This document shows, piece after piece, positions 31,485 through 36,472 of a stretch of DNA of 36,472 nt. This DNA is from Candidatus Anstonellaceae archaeon (GTDB lineage Archaea > Micrarchaeota > Micrarchaeia > Anstonellales > Anstonellaceae), in NCBI GenBank assembly GCA_038824715.1, contig JAWBPP010000003.1, positions 1 to 36,472 on the forward strand, given 5' to 3'. Numbering within the stretch: position 1 is the stretch's first letter; every line of letters begins with the position of its first letter. Made by a program: the position numbers and the translations under genes. The notes beneath the pieces were generated by a model. It was given only the letters and a program-made list of their open reading frames with translations, was not told where the DNA came from and did no database searches.

Positions 31485-32470
31485 TTTCTCACTATGTTTA
31501 CCGGCTTTCCTGCCAGCTGCCCTTTAACATTCTCAAGTGTGGTGTCGCAAATCCTCTGCAGCGCCTCGTTGCTGTTGAATGCGTTGTGAGGGGTGACAAT
31601 CACTTTTGGGTGGTTCAAAAGCACGTGGTTGGCAAGCACGGTCTTCAGGTCGCACTCCTGCGCAAAATCAGGCGAAAGAATCTGCCTTTCCTCCTTGATG
31701 CTGCACTCCTCTTCAAGCACGTCCAGCCCTGCTGCAGATATTTTTCCAGAGTCAAGCGCGGAAATGAGCGCCTTTGCATCCACCAGCCCGCCTCGCGCGG
31801 TGTTCACAAGCACAACCCCCTGCTTCATCTTCGCAATTGCCTGCGCATTTATCATGTGCTTTGTTTCAGCATTCACAGGAGCGTGCAGGCTGACTACATC
31901 GGATTGTGCAAGTAGTTCATCAAGCGAAACGAGCTTGCACTTCAGCTTCCTTGCCTCATCGGGCGTAGTGTGCGGGCTGTGCGCAATCACTTTCATGCCG
32001 AAAGCGCGCGCCATCTTCGCAACGTGCCTGCCGATTTTTCCCAGCCCCACTATCCCCAGCTTTTTTCCCTGAAGGTCGAAAGTCCGCAATCCGTCAATTG
32101 TAAAGTCGCCACGCCGAGTCCTTTCAATGGACGGCAGCAGCTTTTTCGAAAGCGCAAGGATGAGCGCAAACGTGTGCTCTGCAACCGTCTCCGAACCGTA
32201 TGATGGCACGTTGCAAACAGCTATGCCGCGCTTCGCGCATGCCTCAAGGTCGATATGGTCAAATCCAGTGGACATCGTCGCAATCATCTTTAATTTAGGG
32301 AGCTGTGACAACTCCTTCTCGCCGATTTTAGAGTAAATGAAAAGGCAAATTATCTCCGCCTCAGCAGCCTTCGAGATATTTTCTGGAAAAGAATTTTTCC
32401 TCCCATTTCTCAAGCTCGAAAAATACGATATTTGCCAGGGAATCGCCTCCAATCCATTCCATACGCGCAA
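31481..32470 (-). CDS. D-isomer-specific 2-hydroxyacid dehydrogenase (D-lactate/glycerate dehydrogenase-like), N-terminus frameshifted
   Basis: NAD motif GIVGLGKIGRHVA, MSTGFDHIDL, catalytic-region VIVTPHNAF. The main ORF begins with TTG and a non-conserved 30 aa. The conserved N-terminus is in another frame (see 32361-32462). Confidence 0.8.
   Translation of the reverse strand: MRVWNGLEAIPWQISYFSSLRNGRKNSFPENISKAAEAEIICLFIYSKIGEKELSQLPKLKMIATMSTGFDHIDLEACAKRGIAVCNVPSYGSETVAEHTFALILALSKKLLPSIERTRRGDFTIDGLRTFDLQGKKLGIVGLGKIGRHVAKMARAFGMKVIAHSPHTTPDEARKLKCKLVSLDELLAQSDVVSLHAPVNAETKHMINAQAIAKMKQGVVLVNTARGGLVDAKALISALDSGKISAAGLDVLEEECSIKEERQILSPDFAQECDLKTVLANHVLLNHPKVIVTPHNAFNSNEALQRICDTTLENVKGQLAGKPVNIVRK
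32361..32462 (-). pseudogene. Out-of-frame N-terminal segment of the 2-hydroxyacid dehydrogenase
   Basis: ATG at 32462 encodes MEWIGGDSLANIVFFELEKWEEKFFSRKYLEGC then TGA (32361-32363). IVFFE..W...F/YL is the usual N-terminal strand/helix of this family. The main frame is +1 relative to it. Confidence 0.6.
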
Positions 32471-32537
32471 GCTGCTGCGTCCATCCTAAAATATCTCTCC
32501 CCATTCTGTCTCGCTTTTCCGTAACCTTTCGCCTTTC

Positions 32538-34007
32538 CTAACCGAGGAAATTCCGCTTCCATGCGGTTTTCATTATCGCATCGCTCAACCTTGCTCGGTT
32601 GTCCGAAAGCGCAAGGTCCATCACTTCCTCTGCAGCCTCGGAATACTCTCCGTCCTCCTCGAGCGCAAACGCGCCAAGGGTTTTTTCAATGCCCTTGCCT
32701 ATTCCAGAAGGCAGACGCCTCACATTTTCCATGCAGACATATCGTGTGGAGTCGGAAATGTCCTCGTCAAAAGAAACATACATCTCGCGCACAGTGTCTA
32801 GCTCTTTTTCGCTAAGGGCAGACAGGCCAAGCAACTCCGGCGGAATACCGATGGAGTAAAGCGCAGAGCAGAACGGTATTGCCCTGGGAAGGGAAATCCC
32901 TCTGAGCGAACGCGAATAGCCGAAAAGCCCTATGTGGAGCTTCCTTGCTCTTCTGGAGGGGGTGTGCCTTGAAAGAGTGGCAATCAACGGGGACAAGGCG
33001 GCAACTTCTTTCTGATATTGTTCGATTGCCTTATCTACTACGGCATTCGCTCTCGTCTCATCCACCTGCAGGGGCTTTTTCCGTGCAGTTTCTCCAATCT
33101 CCTCCACGCCCCTCCTCACCACGCTTTCCGGATAATCGTACTTGAACGAGGACTGCAGCGTGAATGTCTGCACCGATGGATATTCCTTGAGGCAATTTTT
33201 CGTATTTGTCGGCTTTAGGTTGCCGCGAAACGGTGCGCTTCCCACTCCGATAATGGGCAGTATTTCAACCGAAGTTTTTTCCTCAAGCGCATGGAGCTTC
33301 TGCAGGCACAACTTGTTCAGAAGCACTGCAGAAAGCGAGCCGTAGTTTAGCGCAGGGTCGCTTCTCGCAAGGAACACGCGCTGGTATTCGAATTCCTTGC
33401 CTTCAATGTATTCGCCCACAATCCTGTCAGCATTTGAAAGAGAGTCCCTGTCTTCCACAAGCGGGATGAGCGAAATTTCCTCAGGCGCGAACTTCCCCAC
33501 CCACTCGCTCACAGTCAAGTCCCCGACGCGCGTGTCCTTCTTTCCAACCACGACTTTCCTGTAATAATCGTAAATCCTCTGCAGCTCCTTGCCAGAGGTG
33601 CACATGGGCAGTATCACTTCCCAGACAGGCGCCGATGCTTCCCCTGATGCCGCAGCCGCAATGTCAAAATTCCTGGGTATGGATTCAAGCGACTCGAGAA
33701 GTATTTTCCCCTGCGCGCGCTCGACGTTTGGGTTGGGCACGCGAAGCGTCAGGTAAATGTCAGCCCCAAGACGGTTTTCGGAAAAGAATTTCGGGTAGCG
33801 GGAAAGCAGCTTTTCAACGACGTGGTTGTCCACTTCCTTGCCTTCGCAGTCCCACATCTGCTCCTGCATCTCAAGGTGCGAAAAAACATAATAGCACTCC
33901 TTGATTTCGGTCTCGCCGGCAAGAACTTCGCTGTCTGAAAAGAACGGCGAGTTCACATTGTCCGGGTGCTGCGTGCTCATGCAGCGCGAAACTTTCCTTT
34001 TTGCCAT
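32538..34007 (-). CDS. ppcA: Archaeal-type phosphoenolpyruvate carboxylase
   Basis: N-terminal RKVSRCMSTQHPDNV signature of the PepcA family; length about 490 aa. ATG 34007 preferred over GTG 34016. Confidence 0.85.
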   Translation of the reverse strand: MAKRKVSRCMSTQHPDNVNSPFFSDSEVLAGETEIKECYYVFSHLEMQEQMWDCEGKEVDNHVVEKLLSRYPKFFSENRLGADIYLTLRVPNPNVERAQGKILLESLESIPRNFDIAAAASGEASAPVWEVILPMCTSGKELQRIYDYYRKVVVGKKDTRVGDLTVSEWVGKFAPEEISLIPLVEDRDSLSNADRIVGEYIEGKEFEYQRVFLARSDPALNYGSLSAVLLNKLCLQKLHALEEKTSVEILPIIGVGSAPFRGNLKPTNTKNCLKEYPSVQTFTLQSSFKYDYPESVVRRGVEEIGETARKKPLQVDETRANAVVDKAIEQYQKEVAALSPLIATLSRHTPSRRARKLHIGLFGYSRSLRGISLPRAIPFCSALYSIGIPPELLGLSALSEKELDTVREMYVSFDEDISDSTRYVCMENVRRLPSGIGKGIEKTLGAFALEEDGEYSEAAEEVMDLALSDNRARLSDAIMKTAWKRNFLG

Positions 34008-34019
34008 TGCTCCCACAAC

Positions 34020-34772
34020 CTAAATTTCAACCACTAGCCCATCTTTAGCAGCAATCGTGTTTTTGAACATTCGTCTTGCAGAGGCGAGTGCCTTGTTCCG
34101 CAATGCGCTGCTGGAATAGTTGCTCGCATCAAAATGCGTAAGAGCCAGCTTTTTTGCGCCTGCCTTTTTTGCAAGGCTTGCGGCAGTTTCGGGATTCAGA
34201 TGCGGCCAGCGCTTCGATATTTCCGAGCCTGGCAAAAGTGAGCATTCGGTTATGAATAGGTCGGCATTCCTCGCGAGCTTGAGCAGGTTCCCGCAAGGGC
34301 CAGTGTCCGTGCAATACGCAATTGTCCTCCCTTCCGCTTCAAGCCTGTAGCCAAAGCACGGGTCGGCGTGCTTCAGCGGAAGGGATGAAATCAGGTATGG
34401 CGCATCCTTCGGCGCCCCTTCAAACGGCAGCAGCCTCGCGTTCGCTTTCAGCATCCCCAACGGCGCAGTGTAAGGATGGCCCAGCAACAAGCCTAGGGGC
34501 TTCAGATATTGCCTCGGTGCAAATATGCGCGCCACGATCTCCTCTGGAAGCCTTGCAAGCGTGTGCAGCCCTTCAATATGGTCAAGATGCAAATGGGAAA
34601 TGAAAACATCAATACGTTTCGCGTCTGCAAATTCGCATTCTTCCTTCACTTTCGCAAAGCCGCCTCCCGCATCGAATACAATTAGCCGGTCCTGCATGCG
34701 AATGGAAACGCACGGCGTGCTTCCAGTTCCGCTTGGAAACCAGCCGTTCGTGCCTAAGAACTTCAGCTTCAT
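34020..34772 (-). CDS. MBL-fold metallo-hydrolase (RNase Z/ElaC-like subgroup)
   Basis: MKLKFLGTNGWFPS start, ISHLHLDHIEG motif, C-terminal LTHFD. GGAGGGG upstream of ATG 34772. Confidence 0.75.
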   Translation of the reverse strand: MKLKFLGTNGWFPSGTGSTPCVSIRMQDRLIVFDAGGGFAKVKEECEFADAKRIDVFISHLHLDHIEGLHTLARLPEEIVARIFAPRQYLKPLGLLLGHPYTAPLGMLKANARLLPFEGAPKDAPYLISSLPLKHADPCFGYRLEAEGRTIAYCTDTGPCGNLLKLARNADLFITECSLLPGSEISKRWPHLNPETAASLAKKAGAKKLALTHFDASNYSSSALRNKALASARRMFKNTIAAKDGLVVEI

Positions 34773-34792
34773 GGCTAGCCCCTCCTGCTTAA

Positions 34793-34823
34793 GCAAAAGA
34801 AAAAAAGAAGAAAAAAACAAAAG
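34793..34823 (-). terminator. Oligo-T terminator after pilin gene B
   Basis: Minus strand reads CTTTTGTTTTTTTCTTCTTTTTTTCTTTTGC immediately after the stop at 34825-34827. Confidence 0.5.
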
Positions 34824-34824
34824 C

Positions 34825-35286
34825 CTAGGAGTACTTGCCCACAAGGTTCTTTGCGCCAGCCTGCGTGCCTGCAATGCCGCTCGGGCTGTTGTAGGTTATC
34901 TCCATCTTGAAGTCGTAAAGCGTCCCGGCGCCGGTACCTGCAAGCCCCGCGTTGTTGATTGTCACGGTGTAGGTGCTTCCGCTTCCGACCATTACGTTCG
35001 GGCTGACACTCACGCTCCCGACTTTCACTGCTGTCAGGTTGTATGCACCGTCAGCCTTCTTGTTCTGGAGAACGAGCGTTGCGTTCCCGTCGTTGCTTAT
35101 GCCGTAGTCGATTATGGCAAACGGCTGCGCCTCTCCGGTCCAGTATGCCTGCGACTGCTGAATCTTCGCGTCGGACGAAAGCCCGGGGAAGAATCCAAGC
35201 AGGGCAAGGGCCACAAGCGCGACAATCAGCACCGCGCCAAGGAGGACCAGGTACTCTGTCGCACCCTGTCCTTTCATAATGCCCAT
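34825..35286 (-). CDS. Archaeal type IV pilin (class III signal peptide, DUF361-like), paralogue B
   Basis: MGIMKG|QGATEYLVLLGAVLIVALVALALLGFFPG. GAGGGG 5 nt upstream of ATG 35286. Conserved GNAT sequon shared with paralogue A. Confidence 0.8.
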   Translation of the reverse strand: MGIMKGQGATEYLVLLGAVLIVALVALALLGFFPGLSSDAKIQQSQAYWTGEAQPFAIIDYGISNDGNATLVLQNKKADGAYNLTAVKVGSVSVSPNVMVGSGSTYTVTINNAGLAGTGAGTLYDFKMEITYNSPSGIAGTQAGAKNLVGKYS

Positions 35287-35351
35287 CCAAACCCCTCGCA
35301 TCGCCTAATTTTGGCGTTTTACTTTGACGTTCTACCACTTCGGATGGGAGC

Positions 35352-35360
35352 TATAAAAGG
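35352..35360 (-). promoter_or_regulatory. TATA box of pilin gene B (CCTTTTATA on minus strand)
   Basis: Identical 9-mer and spacing to pilin gene A. Confidence 0.5.
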
Positions 35361-35517
35361 GTTTGCATTTTTCCGTCGTTCGAGAGACCAGGCGCAATCA
35401 GAACAGCCTCTGCAGCAAATCTGAACGCATTTCCGTAAACAGCGCCTCGTTTGCCTATGCTGTAAAGCAACAATTAAAACCTGTTCGTGTCAGAAAACGG
35501 GAATAAAGGGTGGAACA

Positions 35518-35898
35518 ATGAGCGTGGCTGTTCGCAATATCTTCAAGAACCATTCCATTTCGCCTAAGGATATCTCACGCGACATCAAAGACGGGCTCAA
35601 GCTTGTCAAGGGAAAAGGTACGTTCCTTCAAGGCGTGAATCTCATTTTTGGGGCTCTTCGGAACGCATCACAGAAAAACAGGCACCACGTCCGCCCGCAG
35701 GTCTCAGGCAGCTGGGAAGGCAACAGGAAATGCACTATTGGCATCTATTGCGAAAATTCTTTTCCGCTGGCCTCCGTCACAATCTCGAAGCACAGCCCCG
35801 CGAAAATCCGCGCGTTTTTCGGAGGTAAAAAGGTTACTGTTGAGCAGCTTGCCCAGAAAATCATGGGCTACGCCGGTGTTCCTCAGCTCATGCAATGA
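35518..35898 (+). CDS. Hypothetical protein (orphan)
   Basis: GGGTGG 5-6 nt upstream of the ATG. Basic, with no recognisable domain. Confidence 0.35.
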   Translation: MSVAVRNIFKNHSISPKDISRDIKDGLKLVKGKGTFLQGVNLIFGALRNASQKNRHHVRPQVSGSWEGNRKCTIGIYCENSFPLASVTISKHSPAKIRAFFGGKKVTVEQLAQKIMGYAGVPQLMQ

Positions 35899-36104
35899 TT
35901 ATCGGCAGCGAGGGAAATCTGGAAGATGGCTGCTGATGAGGCAAGGGGCGTTGGCACAAAGTTAGCTTTATAAACAAAACCCTCCTAATTACAAGCCGCA
36001 CGGGCCGACAAAGCCGTTTGCAGACGGTTCTCGGGCAGAGACTGTGCAGGAAAGGAAGAAAGAGGTAAATCGCCTCCGTCAGGGCGACATCAGCGCTGGA
36101 CACT

Positions 36105-36458
36105 ATGTCTGGTTGCGATGAATTCACCAAAAATCGAACAATCCCTAATACCTCCCACGGCGTTTCATCTGCCGCTCGGAGAGGAAGACTGAATAAGTCG
36201 CTTGTTCTCTGCGCGGGATTTTCACAAGTTCAAAAATTTCATAGATTCATACTCATGCCCGTTTATCGGGCTTGGGCGTTTTCCCCTCTTTGGGGAAGCG
36301 TAGGTTCTGGTTTGATGAACTGGAGCCAACTTTGCTTGCGGGCGTTGAACGCGCTGGATTCACAGATGAACGCGCGGGAGTTTGCAGGGATTTCACGAGT
36401 ACGAAGAGAGCGACTGATACTCACAAAATTTGAGTTCAAAAAGCGTTTAAGAAATTAA
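36105..36458 (+). CDS. Questionable ORF (hypothetical)
   Basis: Open frame only: no Shine-Dalgarno site, no TATA box at leaderless distance, and no recognisable domain. The region also contains several hairpins. Confidence 0.15.
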   Translation: MSGCDEFTKNRTIPNTSHGVSSAARRGRLNKSLVLCAGFSQVQKFHRFILMPVYRAWAFSPLWGSVGSGLMNWSQLCLRALNALDSQMNAREFAGISRVRRERLILTKFEFKKRLRN

Positions 36459-36472
36459 ACGCCTAGTATATG

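Noticed and set aside
36311-36416. Box C-like TGATGA (about 36313) and box D-like CTGA (about 36412), also TGATGA at about 35932: possible C/D box sRNA
   Set aside because: The C-to-D spacing of about 100 nt is too long for archaeal C/D sRNAs. No C'/D' pair or terminal stem was found. The motifs are short enough to occur by chance.
1-36472. CRISPR arrays, cas genes, restriction-modification, toxin-antitoxin or other recognisable defence systems, transposases or prophage genes
   Set aside because: I looked for regularly spaced repeats and for hallmark motifs and found none. The only repeats are the 15-nt tRNA-related repeat, the two A6/T6 hairpin copies and the diverged pilin paralogues.

Overview
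Archaeal chromosomal segment, densely coding on both strands: about 45 protein genes and one tRNA. I saw no rRNA, CRISPR array, integrase or transposase.

The archaeal call rests on hallmark genes and signals:
- the conserved rpl7ae-rps28e-rpl24e-ndk operon
- split GMP synthase (guaAB/guaAA)
- archaeal PheRS alpha, archaeal-type PEP carboxylase, Ogg2-type 8-oxoG glycosylase and a geranylgeranyl reductase
- class III signal-peptide pilins
- TATA boxes about 25-30 nt before many start codons (leaderless mRNAs), mixed with GGAGG/GGTGA Shine-Dalgarno sites
- oligo-T terminators

Housekeeping genes sit among many orphan secreted or membrane proteins, a truncated NFACT protein and a two-intron tRNA. 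This suggests a small-genome uncultivated (DPANN-like) archaeon, but that placement is tentative.

Most notable observations:
1. A translationally coupled four-gene cassette of prepilin-like proteins (14348-16083) is followed by a beta-sandwich surface protein. Two paralogous major pilin genes (21247-21708 +, 34825-35286 -) share promoter architecture. No pilus assembly genes are in the window.
2. tRNA-Leu(CAA) (19486-19685, minus) only folds after removal of a canonical 36-nt intron and an 80-nt insert inside the T-loop.
3. A 70-nt acceptor-stem-mimicking structured element lies directly upstream of that tRNA and repeats its first nucleotides exactly.
4. A 2-hydroxyacid dehydrogenase has its conserved N-terminus in another reading frame.
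5. A K-turn-like hairpin covers the Shine-Dalgarno site of rpl7ae.
6. An orphan small secreted two-helix protein has VirB2/TrbC-like architecture.

All functional calls come from reading motifs by eye. No database search or folding program was available, so orphan ORFs and start codons are provisional.
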